NCBI GenBank assembly: GCA_965228855.1
Contig: CBDDIJ010000003.1
Coordinates: 3,694,354-3,758,353, forward strand
Direction of reading: 5' to 3'
Length of the DNA: 64,000 nt
DNA from: Candidatus Obscuribacterales bacterium
GTDB lineage: Bacteria > Cyanobacteriota > Vampirovibrionia > Obscuribacterales > Obscuribacteraceae
Shown: piece by piece, positions 30,371 to 39,405 of the stretch
Numbering within the stretch: position 1 is the first letter of the stretch
How the letters are laid out: the number at the start of each line of letters is the position of its first letter
The notes under the pieces: generated by a model
The model's input: only the letters and a program-made list of their open reading frames with translations
Told to the model about the DNA's origin: nothing
Databases searched by the model: none
Position numbers and translations under genes: made by a program

Positions 30371-31534
30371 ATGCTGGATAACATAGCCTGTCCCAAGTTT
30401 CGAAAGTTGTGCTCGAACTGCGGAAAGTTTTACCCCGAAGAGATGGCAGTCTGCGTGCAGGACATGCAGATGCTAATCACCATAGATTGGGATGAGCAAT
30501 CAGACCTGCTCGAAAACTGGCTGGCTCGCAGTAAATTCTTTGGAAGCAAGCATTGCCTCCGCTGTAATAGACACTATCGCAAAATTACAGAGTCATTTTG
30601 CCCTGAAGACGGCAACGTGCTCGAGCGTTGCGTGCACGATGAGCCGGAAGGTCCAATTCTGGAAAGGCGCTTTCAACTCAAATCCTATGTCGCGACTGGC
30701 AGGCTCTCTCGGGTCTACTATGCAGTAGATGTTGAAACGCAAGCCCCTCGGATCGTGAAATTCTTGAAGCCCGGTCTTTCCGCCGATGAGAGGACCGTGG
30801 CCAGATACCTCAGGGTCTCCAAAGCCGCGATTGAGTTGCAGCATCCAAACATTGTGCGAACATACGCAGCAGGAAAGACCGAAAGTGGCGCACCGTATGT
30901 GGTGACACAGTATCTCGCCGGGCAGTCGCTACGCGACGAACTTCTGAAGCGCAACAAGCTGGATCCTGCTAGCGCCTTGAGCATCTTCATCGACCTGGCG
31001 CGCGGACTTCAGTACGCCCACGCCAATAATGTGATGCATACCAATTTGACACCGTCGAACGTTTACATCATCCAGAAAGGTGAGCGCCCCTCGGCAATGA
31101 TTGTCGATTTCGGCGCGGCACAACGATTGTTCAGACATACCGACTGGAAGCGGGGTCAAGCAGAGTCGGAATCAGATGCGGATACGGAAAACGTGTACGG
31201 CGATCCATTGGGAATCTGCCCGGAATTCATTACCGGCAGCAGACCTTCGTTCCAATCAGATATCTATCAAGTTGGGTGCTGCCTTTATGAATCGTTGAAC
31301 GGTCGACCGCCGTTTTCGCGTAATCGAACGATGGCAACGATCATGGCGCACGCAAAAGACCCACCGGATGACTTTGAACCCGGCGTAAGCGATATGATGA
31401 AATCGCTCACGCTTGAATGTTTGAAGAAGAACCCCGAGGAACGCTTCCAAACAGCAACGGAACTGCGTTATGTTCTTGAAGAATGTCGGAAAGAGCTGAC
31501 TGGCAGCCCTTACGTCGAGCGATCAATCTCTTGA
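30371..31534 (+). CDS. Hanks-type kinase-fold protein, probable pseudokinase, with N-terminal Cys motifs
   Basis: HPNIV, DFG, SDIYQVG and GRPPF present, but HTNLTPSN replaces HRDLKPxN. Confidence 0.85.
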   Translation: MLDNIACPKFRKLCSNCGKFYPEEMAVCVQDMQMLITIDWDEQSDLLENWLARSKFFGSKHCLRCNRHYRKITESFCPEDGNVLERCVHDEPEGPILERRFQLKSYVATGRLSRVYYAVDVETQAPRIVKFLKPGLSADERTVARYLRVSKAAIELQHPNIVRTYAAGKTESGAPYVVTQYLAGQSLRDELLKRNKLDPASALSIFIDLARGLQYAHANNVMHTNLTPSNVYIIQKGERPSAMIVDFGAAQRLFRHTDWKRGQAESESDADTENVYGDPLGICPEFITGSRPSFQSDIYQVGCCLYESLNGRPPFSRNRTMATIMAHAKDPPDDFEPGVSDMMKSLTLECLKKNPEERFQTATELRYVLEECRKELTGSPYVERSIS

Positions 31535-31540
31535 ATTCAA

Positions 31541-31792
31541 TCAGGAATTGAAATAAACACCGACGGCACCGGTCACGCGTTTTATCAAGCGAATTGAATC
31601 GTGAACGAGTTCCTCGCCGAAGTCGAGTTCTTCCTCCGCGCGTTTCTTAAGCATTCCTACGGCAAGCGTCTTGTCTTCGTCCTTCAAAGGAGCACGACCG
31701 TGGTGGTGGTCCGCCAGCAGATTCAGCAGTTGTTGAAGTGTCAAATTTGGGTCGACGCCGGACATTTCAAACTCGTTTGCAACTTTTCGCAC
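31541..31792 (-). CDS. Small hypothetical protein
   Basis: 83-aa ORF with AGGA SD-like site, downstream of the LMF gene. Confidence 0.6.
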   Translation of the reverse strand: MRKVANEFEMSGVDPNLTLQQLLNLLADHHHGRAPLKDEDKTLAVGMLKKRAEEELDFGEELVHDSIRLIKRVTGAVGVYFNS

Positions 31793-31828
31793 ATACTAAC
31801 ACCAGTCCTTTTGAATCTCAACCGGTGG

Positions 31829-33421
31829 CTATGGATTCTCAGCCGTCGCGGGTACCACTTCATCGGTATCGTCCAACTCAACGGGCGGAATATAAAGAAG
31901 CTTATTGTCTCGGCGCCACCACTCACCTCTTTGGGAGAGCGCCTCCCAGTCGGAAAAGTGATAATCGTAAACGTAGGCACGAATATATTTCGGTCCGCCT
32001 GCGGGAAACGGGTTTGTTTTAAACGCTGATAAAACCGCCGGATCGCCCTTAAGCATCAATCTTACCAGGTTCAAAACCCACGGATTTTCGGACACGTCTC
32101 TCATGGCAGCGAACCACAGTCGCCAATCCAAACGAGGCATATGAGGCGCCACTACTGGCGGTGGCTTACAAATGTCGTCAACTTTGTATTTAAACGTGTA
32201 GGGAACCCATGTCTTTCCGTCCATGCTGCCCTCGAATACAATCTCCGGTCGTGTTGTCGTCATGACCGCAAACATACCGTAACTGTTGAAAATTCGGTAA
32301 GGAGCCAGCACTGTCAATATTCGTCCGAGTGCAGTGGGAAAAATGTAACTGCCGATGAAACCGGTTATGAACTGACATCCACCAAGAAAGAGGAACAACA
32401 CTGCGCTTGCTCCCGTAGCGAATCGACTCAGGATTGAAACGAGAGACCGCGATTTCAGTTCGCTCACGTTGGTTTCGGACACCGGCTCATCTGAGGGCCG
32501 AGCAAACAAAAGCGCACGCAGTTTCACCGCCCAGTTGAACGGTATAACTCTTTCAAACCAGGCATCGTCTATTAGTGGAATGCACAGTACGATGCTCAGG
32601 TAGTTCAGAAACGTGTAATTGCCGGTAAGCAAAATTCCAACGTGAAGAGCCGCAGTGAGAGCTGCTGCAAGCAGCCTCAAACGACGATCGGAGAAGTATA
32701 AGAACGGCGAGACGAGTTCTGCAACGAAGGTGAATACGCAAGCGGTTTTGTGCATCCACAGGGGAAAGTGATGGATAAACCAGGCTAGTGGAGATGGGAT
32801 GGGCTGCGTTTCTTGGTGGTAACTCAGCGCCGTCAAGTTCTTCCAGTACGGATCGCCACTCAGTATTTTAACCAACCCGGCGCCGAACATGAGGCGAAAG
32901 AGCAAAAATCGGTTTAAAACAAGAGCCAGAGCTGAAGGCTCTTTCACTCTACCAGGATCGCGGTTCCATCCCCATTCCCAGAGGCACCATGGCACCATGA
33001 ATAGTGCCAATACAGTCGCTTCGATAATCAAACCGTCGGAGCCGAACGCCATGAACTCGCCGCAACCGTTATCCAGAGAGGAGTAGAGAACGGCCAGCAA
33101 AAGAAGCGCTGGTCCGGTCAGCACGCCGGAAATAACCAGCAAAGAAAGAACGATTCCGGCGATACAACTTGCCAAAATAAACGGATCGCTGGAGTTAAGC
33201 CAGAAGAATGTCGGCAGCATGCCGTAGGCTTCGTCGCCGTAGATATCTTTAACGCGCCCGAGCATGGTGGCGATCGGCAAAATGCCATTTTTCCCATTGA
33301 GCATGAGAATCTGAACGGACAGCGAGAGATAGGCGACAAAATGAACCATCCCGAGCAAACGCAGATAAATCCAGCGACTCAGGAGGTAGCTTTCCTGATG
33401 ATTAGTTTGGGGCACGGTCAC
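31829..33421 (-). CDS. Lipase maturation factor (LMF) family membrane protein
   Basis: FRLMFGAGLVK, HQETQPIP, TGNYTFLN, SYGMFAVMT and HMPRLDWRLWFAA. Confidence 0.93.
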   Translation of the reverse strand: MTVPQTNHQESYLLSRWIYLRLLGMVHFVAYLSLSVQILMLNGKNGILPIATMLGRVKDIYGDEAYGMLPTFFWLNSSDPFILASCIAGIVLSLLVISGVLTGPALLLLAVLYSSLDNGCGEFMAFGSDGLIIEATVLALFMVPWCLWEWGWNRDPGRVKEPSALALVLNRFLLFRLMFGAGLVKILSGDPYWKNLTALSYHQETQPIPSPLAWFIHHFPLWMHKTACVFTFVAELVSPFLYFSDRRLRLLAAALTAALHVGILLTGNYTFLNYLSIVLCIPLIDDAWFERVIPFNWAVKLRALLFARPSDEPVSETNVSELKSRSLVSILSRFATGASAVLFLFLGGCQFITGFIGSYIFPTALGRILTVLAPYRIFNSYGMFAVMTTTRPEIVFEGSMDGKTWVPYTFKYKVDDICKPPPVVAPHMPRLDWRLWFAAMRDVSENPWVLNLVRLMLKGDPAVLSAFKTNPFPAGGPKYIRAYVYDYHFSDWEALSQRGEWWRRDNKLLYIPPVELDDTDEVVPATAENP

Positions 33422-33657
33422 ATATTAATGTCTGGGCTGTCACGAACGAAGTAGAGAATGACGGCGAGGACTACGCAAATACTTCCGGAGATCGTCATCA
33501 GAATCTGAATGACGCGAGTCAGAAGGATGTGCGCGGGGTCGTCGGAAACGAACATGCTAACGGCGACAAGACTAATTCCTAGCACGGCAAGTCCAACGCT
33601 AATCCAGACTTTATCTTTAGTTGATGGCGGTTCTTCCATAAGTCTTTCGCTGGGCAT
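33418..33657 (-). CDS. Small 2-TM membrane protein
   Basis: Two hydrophobic helices; ATGA overlap with the LMF gene. Confidence 0.7.
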   Translation of the reverse strand: MPSERLMEEPPSTKDKVWISVGLAVLGISLVAVSMFVSDDPAHILLTRVIQILMTISGSICVVLAVILYFVRDSPDINM

Positions 33658-33983
33658 TTCGAGTGAGCTACTACTACCACTATATAGGTTGCGGGGACGA
33701 CTTCGGCAACCAGCGTGATTTTTGTTTGAAAAACAGCGAGTCCTGCCGACTGAGCGCCGCAGGGTAGAATTAATGAGTTCGGTTTCAGATTTAATCTAAA
33801 ACGGCTAAACTCTTGCGTGTTTACGCAGTTGCAAAGCAGTCGGTATTGCCCTATATTACAGTGATTCGCCCCTTACTACCGATCCTTGTCATATGAAACG
33901 GGCGCGTATCTCAGGTACATTTTTGTCACGCTTGAGAACTAATATATAAGCCCGACGTTATCCCTGACCGTTACTAGAAAACC

Positions 33984-36335
33984 ATGCCTCCACAAGACGT
34001 ACCACAACAGCCAGTTGCAGAAAGACCTCAGGGCGCCGCAGAAGCGCAAAAGCCGGTTGAGAAACCGCCGGAGGTTCAGGTCAGAGAAGGTGCAGAGAAA
34101 AATGCACAAACCGAGGTTCAGTCGACCCGCGAGAACGGCGACGTTAACACCGCCCTGACGGCCGACCAGGAAAGAACCGCAGCGGCGATCCCGAGCATGA
34201 GCGAAGGCGACATGGCCAAGCATGGCATTGTCGAAGTCGGCGGCGTTCACTTTCAGAATGGCGTAGCTCTGGACGGTCCAAACGCCGGCAAGTCGATGGG
34301 TGAACACGAGCTCAACCCCGCACTGTCGGACAATGGCAAAACTCTCAACCTCGATCTGGCTGCAGCGCAAGGTGTTGAAGCCCAAGATTTAGATAATGAT
34401 GGTCTTCCGGACGTTCCGAAAGGTCCGGCACCGGTACCGCCGGAGGAAGCCGCAGCCGATGCAGCAGCAGCGGCAGACGGTGGAAAACCAGCAGGAGGCG
34501 ATGCGCCTCAACAGCCAGGTCAACCGCCGGCAAGCGCGGAGCAGGCAGCACTCAACGCGCCTCCTGGATCACCCAAGGCTGGTGGGGACGGTCAAGACGG
34601 ACTCGCCCAGACTGAAGATCAATTGTATAAAGTTGATGGACTGGCAGAGCAGGCACCGCAGGATCCGACCCAGCGTCGTACCTCTGCGGAAGTGAATGCG
34701 ACTCAAGATCAAGCGACACCTGGCGGTCAGAATCCAGCTACAGCCGCACCGACTTTGAATTCAGCAAGTCCGCGCGCAGGGGCTACAGCGACTCCCGATG
34801 CACCGGCTACGCCGGCCACGGCTCCGACTGAGGTCGCATCAGCAGTGCCGCGAGTTACAGACTCGACGGCGGCGCCGACCGATGCCGCGCCAGAGGCTCA
34901 AACACCGGAAGCTCGTGCAGAGCGTGCGACCAAAGCGTTGGAAACACATTTTGCCAACTCGCCACATAGCGAGCAGGTTCGCAAAGACCTGCAAGAGTTC
35001 AACAGCAGAACAGACATTACTCCCGAGCAGAAAGCGAAAGCTCTGGAGAACCTCGTCTCGACAGCTAACAAAGAGTACATAGAGGGCAATGGCAGCCGCT
35101 CCAATATGTCGCAGGAGAACATTGATCGTGCCGTCGCCGGCGGTATCAATGATATTGCCAAACCTAGAAACATCGACCAGGGCGATAACGGAACCTGCAA
35201 CACCACAGTCATTCAAGAAGGCGTAGCCGGTGAAAGTCCGGATCGCTACACTGCTGCATTGCGCGAAACCGCTCTGCATGGAACTTACACAGGCGAAGAT
35301 GGTTTCAAAGCCAGAATTCCGTCCGACCTCATGACGCCCCATAGCGAAGCTCAGGGCGCTCAAAACGTTGATGGAAAGCGCAACTTCTCCAGTCAGTTGC
35401 TGCAGGGCGGCATGCTGAACCACTATTGGCAGCAGCGCGGGCAGTACTACACAGACACAGATGCACGCGGCGAACAGCGCTATCAGTTTGACGCCAGCAA
35501 AAACAATCCTGATGCAATTCGCGCCGGTCAAAATCCTTTCACCACCAACTGGGTTGGGGAGGGCGCGAACGTCGGTGCCAACGAAGTCGGCAACATGGGT
35601 CGCAACTTCGGAATTCAGGGTCAATTCGTCTACGCGCAGCGTGACTGGGTCCAGGGACCGGTCGATCCGAGCGTCAGAATTGTCGATTCACCTGCCGATC
35701 TGGCAAAGGCGAAGGAAGACCGCAAGGCGGCGACCGGAAGCGACTGGGGCATCGCCGTAGTTCATTCCGGAAACAGCCTGTTCACAGGCACTGAAGGGCT
35801 GGGAGGATCGGGCGGCGGTCACGTCGTCAGCACCTATCGCAATGGCGATCTGTCCAACCAGTGGGGCGGTCAGTTTGACCGCAAAGGTGTTTCGGATGCA
35901 ACACTGTTTGCGGCCATGAGCACCAACCCAGCCACCAGACCATCGGACGGACCTGGCGGACGGGGCACTCCCGCCGGCAAGTTCGACGACTCCACTCTGC
36001 CGCAGCGCTTCCAACAGCACCGCGACGAAAATCCGCGCGCCCACGGCAACGACATTGTGCGCAACACGCCTGAAGATACTCAGAAGCGCAACGAGAAGCC
36101 GGAAGATCAAAAAGAAGATAAGAAGGACGGTAAAGAAGGCAAAGCGGACGACGGCTCCGAACAGTTAAAGCAAATTCAAAAAGCGGCGCTTGAGAAGCAA
36201 ATTGGCGATCTAGCAAGACGGATCGCCTATGCCCAGGGTCAAATCGATCGCGGCATGGATCAGTCCAGCACCATGGACCTCTATAACGCCATGCTGGCCG
36301 GCATCAATACCGAATTACGCGGTTTAGGCGCTTAA
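33984..36335 (+). CDS. Large hypothetical protein with a putative papain-like cysteine peptidase domain
   Basis: Pro/Ala-rich N-terminal half, then DQGDNGTC...GGGHVVS...SNQWG. Confidence 0.75.
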   Translation: MPPQDVPQQPVAERPQGAAEAQKPVEKPPEVQVREGAEKNAQTEVQSTRENGDVNTALTADQERTAAAIPSMSEGDMAKHGIVEVGGVHFQNGVALDGPNAGKSMGEHELNPALSDNGKTLNLDLAAAQGVEAQDLDNDGLPDVPKGPAPVPPEEAAADAAAAADGGKPAGGDAPQQPGQPPASAEQAALNAPPGSPKAGGDGQDGLAQTEDQLYKVDGLAEQAPQDPTQRRTSAEVNATQDQATPGGQNPATAAPTLNSASPRAGATATPDAPATPATAPTEVASAVPRVTDSTAAPTDAAPEAQTPEARAERATKALETHFANSPHSEQVRKDLQEFNSRTDITPEQKAKALENLVSTANKEYIEGNGSRSNMSQENIDRAVAGGINDIAKPRNIDQGDNGTCNTTVIQEGVAGESPDRYTAALRETALHGTYTGEDGFKARIPSDLMTPHSEAQGAQNVDGKRNFSSQLLQGGMLNHYWQQRGQYYTDTDARGEQRYQFDASKNNPDAIRAGQNPFTTNWVGEGANVGANEVGNMGRNFGIQGQFVYAQRDWVQGPVDPSVRIVDSPADLAKAKEDRKAATGSDWGIAVVHSGNSLFTGTEGLGGSGGGHVVSTYRNGDLSNQWGGQFDRKGVSDATLFAAMSTNPATRPSDGPGGRGTPAGKFDDSTLPQRFQQHRDENPRAHGNDIVRNTPEDTQKRNEKPEDQKEDKKDGKEGKADDGSEQLKQIQKAALEKQIGDLARRIAYAQGQIDRGMDQSSTMDLYNAMLAGINTELRGLGA

Positions 36336-36538
36336 AGCCCAGGAACATAAAGTCAATTCAATAAAGCTCGAATTGCTCACGCACCGGCTTTTGCCGCTCG
36401 GATGAGCGCAGGACACCTATTGACAACGATTGCGAGAAGCAAAGTGCCGGGATAGAATTTCATCCTGACAGCCTGCCTGTTTAATAACAGGTGGAGGTTG
36501 TTAGCGGCACTTAATGAGCTTCCTGCGTAGACATTCAT

Positions 36539-37081
36539 ATGAATAGCAATCGAAAAGTGATACCGGCTGTAGTGGCAGTACAAATTTTGTCGGCGACAGC
36601 GCTTCCTGCATTCGCCGAGAATTGCCAGTCCACTTCGGACATATTCGTCAAAGCAAAACCGGAAGCCGTGTACAACGCCATTTTGAAACTGCGCGAAGGT
36701 ACTAAGGACACCGTCAAAGAACTTTCGCACGACGGCAATCAGTCGTGCGTTCTGGAAGAGACATTCAATAATTTGCCTTTGATCGGCGATGCGAAATGCG
36801 TCTACAAAGAAGTCTACGTGCCGTTCAAGAAGATCGAATACAACCTGATTCGCTCCGAAAAGTTTAAAGCATTCGAGGGCAAATGGACTCTAACACCGAG
36901 CGCGGATGGGCTCGGCACCAATGTTTGCCTCTCATCTTATGTCGATATAGATCTACCGGTTCCATTTGCAAAACAACTGACCAAAATGCAGACGTCGCGC
37001 GGAGTGAAAAAACGCTTGCGAATGGTAAAACTAGCATGCGAACAGACAAAGATTGCATCGAAAACTAACGACGCTCAATAA
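36539..37081 (+). CDS. SRPBCC/START-fold protein
   Basis: VKAKPEAVYNAI...KAFEGKWTLTP pattern; signal-like N-terminus. Confidence 0.78.
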   Translation: MNSNRKVIPAVVAVQILSATALPAFAENCQSTSDIFVKAKPEAVYNAILKLREGTKDTVKELSHDGNQSCVLEETFNNLPLIGDAKCVYKEVYVPFKKIEYNLIRSEKFKAFEGKWTLTPSADGLGTNVCLSSYVDIDLPVPFAKQLTKMQTSRGVKKRLRMVKLACEQTKIASKTNDAQ

Positions 37082-37154
37082 TTTGATCGCATATTTGACG
37101 ATGCTGATCGTTTGATCGAGCAGCGAATCACTTTTGTCGTTTAAAACGAGACCA

Positions 37155-38111
37155 TCAGCCGGATACGGCTTTCCGCTTTTGTTCGAGCAATTCGATCCCG
37201 TTTGAAATGTCCAGACCTTCCAGCCGCATTCGCAGACTGTAATAGTAGTAGCCTGATGCGAGAAAGAACACGGGCATCAAATACATGTAAATTATGGAAT
37301 TCCAACTGCCACCAATTATCTGCACGTACAACGGCATCTGAATTTCACCGGCGTGTTTTTTTCCAGTGTATACGCCGGCTTTCATGTACTCGGCGCCATA
37401 GAAGATCTGCAGCACCGATGTTAGTGCCATAAACAAAGCCATCCAGGTGACGAAAAGCACGCAGCAAAAACCGGCGGTCGGAAATAGTCGTTTGAACGTC
37501 ATTGCGTATGCCCTTCCAATTATCTGGAAGAAACCTTTATCCTCACACGCGAGCACAACGAACAGCACCGAGGCGGGCAGAAGCAGGAGGACCAGATTGA
37601 TCAACGCGATAACGATCATAGCCAGAATCACTGGCACCATTACAATCGCACCACCAGCGCCGCCCGCACCGACCTTGGCAAGAAAACTGGCAATGCCGAA
37701 CATAAATGCCCACGCAAAGACCCAGACGAAGAAAGCGGCATAATAACCGATAGCGTATAGAATCACCGCCCAGAATTTGTGACGTACCTGTTTGAACGCG
37801 AGATTGAAATCAGTGCTTCGATTTACCACCATGCGCACGTACGAAAGCTGAAGCATCGTGAGCCAGACTTCTGCAGGGATACAAATCAGAAATCCGATTA
37901 GCGAAGGTCCAAGCGCTGATAGCGTCTCAGGTCCAGGAATACCGCCGTGGAGAGAGGCGAGGAAAACACGGGCGCCTGACACCAAAAATAACTTGCCGAC
38001 TAACTCGATAACCGATGGCAGCAATAACTTCGTCGCTAGAAATTTGACGTCGCGCCGACACTGCCTGATGGCCAGACCGACACAATCTCCTACGGATAAC
38101 AGGTTTTCCAC
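37155..38111 (-). CDS. Multi-pass membrane protein
   Basis: About 6 TM helices and a C-terminal YYYSLRMRLEGLDI motif; GTG start. Confidence 0.8.
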   Translation of the reverse strand: MENLLSVGDCVGLAIRQCRRDVKFLATKLLLPSVIELVGKLFLVSGARVFLASLHGGIPGPETLSALGPSLIGFLICIPAEVWLTMLQLSYVRMVVNRSTDFNLAFKQVRHKFWAVILYAIGYYAAFFVWVFAWAFMFGIASFLAKVGAGGAGGAIVMVPVILAMIVIALINLVLLLLPASVLFVVLACEDKGFFQIIGRAYAMTFKRLFPTAGFCCVLFVTWMALFMALTSVLQIFYGAEYMKAGVYTGKKHAGEIQMPLYVQIIGGSWNSIIYMYLMPVFFLASGYYYYSLRMRLEGLDISNGIELLEQKRKAVSG

Positions 38112-38130
38112 GCCAGTACCTCTTGCGGTT

Positions 38131-39246
38131 CTACTTGGTTATTCCCTGTGGCTTGTATGTTTTCGGCATCGTCTGCCTGACACTTTCGAGTTTTGAAAAT
38201 AAATCTTGGACATGAGCGTACTCTCGATCGAGCGCATCATTTTCCTGCGCAAGTTCGGCGGCGGAATAGACAGTTGCACCACCGGCTGAAGGCGCGTAAG
38301 GTTCTTGCCCCTGAGGTCTCATCGATGCAAGTTCGCTCATAAAGCGCATGGCGTACTGTCCATGTATGTTCATGCGTTTATTGAGTTCTTGCTCGACATT
38401 ATTGCTGTCTGCTAAATTTTTGTATGCCTCCATGTGAGCATTATAAGCACCGTCCCGATTAGCAAGTTCAATCAAACTGTGGACAGAATTAGCTACCGAA
38501 GCAGTTTTCTGAAGACCTTGATGGCTAAACTGCGATGAGAGGACTCCGTTTTGCCGCGCTAACTGGTTGGCATCGGACCAGGCGGAAGCGAACATCGCGG
38601 CACTCTCTTTCTGCTGCGACACTATCAGATTAGATATCATTTGCTGCAATTGCTGTTCGTTAGAGAGTATTTGGCTCTCCAACTGCTGCAACTGCTGGCA
38701 CTTATCCTGGACTTGAAACCGCAATGCGTGCATGCCGTTGAAAGTAGCGGATGTGGAAGCACTCGTGTTATCGGTAGGTGTGGGCGCAATCATCTCGGGC
38801 TGAGAGCTTTGATGATATGCATTTACGTGCGCGTTATACTCCTGACGGTGCTCTTTGTATTGTGCGAGAGCCTGGTAGTATTCCTTGAAGAGACTCTCGT
38901 AGAGCTGGTAGACATCAGGAGTCGTGACACCGGATGCGATGCGTTGAGAAGGAAACGGCGATGATCTCTCGTCGAGTCTACTTAATAATTCTGCGGTATT
39001 CATCAGCGTTTTCGACCGAGCTGTTATAAGTTTGCCATCGGCGATCAGTCTATCTGCAGAGTCGATTCGAGCCTCCATGCGAGCCCGAAGTTGAGTTTCA
39101 GACAGGCTCGAAGAATTTGCATCACAGCAGTTCTCCGCGGAGGCAGGCGTTCCCGCTACAGCTGATAAGAGAAATGCAACTAAAATTCTTCGCTCGAGAT
39201 TTTTAATCGCGCTTCGTTGTTTCCCCGGCACGGTTTTAGTCCTCAA
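38131..39246 (-). CDS. Exported coiled-coil hypothetical protein
   Basis: Signal peptide (ASA) and Gln-rich heptads. Confidence 0.72.
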   Translation of the reverse strand: MRTKTVPGKQRSAIKNLERRILVAFLLSAVAGTPASAENCCDANSSSLSETQLRARMEARIDSADRLIADGKLITARSKTLMNTAELLSRLDERSSPFPSQRIASGVTTPDVYQLYESLFKEYYQALAQYKEHRQEYNAHVNAYHQSSQPEMIAPTPTDNTSASTSATFNGMHALRFQVQDKCQQLQQLESQILSNEQQLQQMISNLIVSQQKESAAMFASAWSDANQLARQNGVLSSQFSHQGLQKTASVANSVHSLIELANRDGAYNAHMEAYKNLADSNNVEQELNKRMNIHGQYAMRFMSELASMRPQGQEPYAPSAGGATVYSAAELAQENDALDREYAHVQDLFSKLESVRQTMPKTYKPQGITK

Positions 39247-39405
39247 AATCTAACCCTGGAAAATCACCTTCTCGAACTAATTTTAGTAGCTCACGTCGTG
39301 ATACGCTGGTTTCTGGTGATAGAAAACCGGGTTTGTTATTCTCAAGGCGCCAGTGCAGCCAAAAGGCTCGTATACCGTCCGATAATAAGACGGAGCGAAG
39401 GAGAA

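Noticed and set aside
34839..35624. 261-aa minus-strand ORF
   Set aside because: Antisense to the 783-aa gene; typical codon-bias shadow
39217..39405. N-terminal extension of the kinase-LRR ORF
   Set aside because: Overlaps the divergent gene start; ATG 39406 has a good SD
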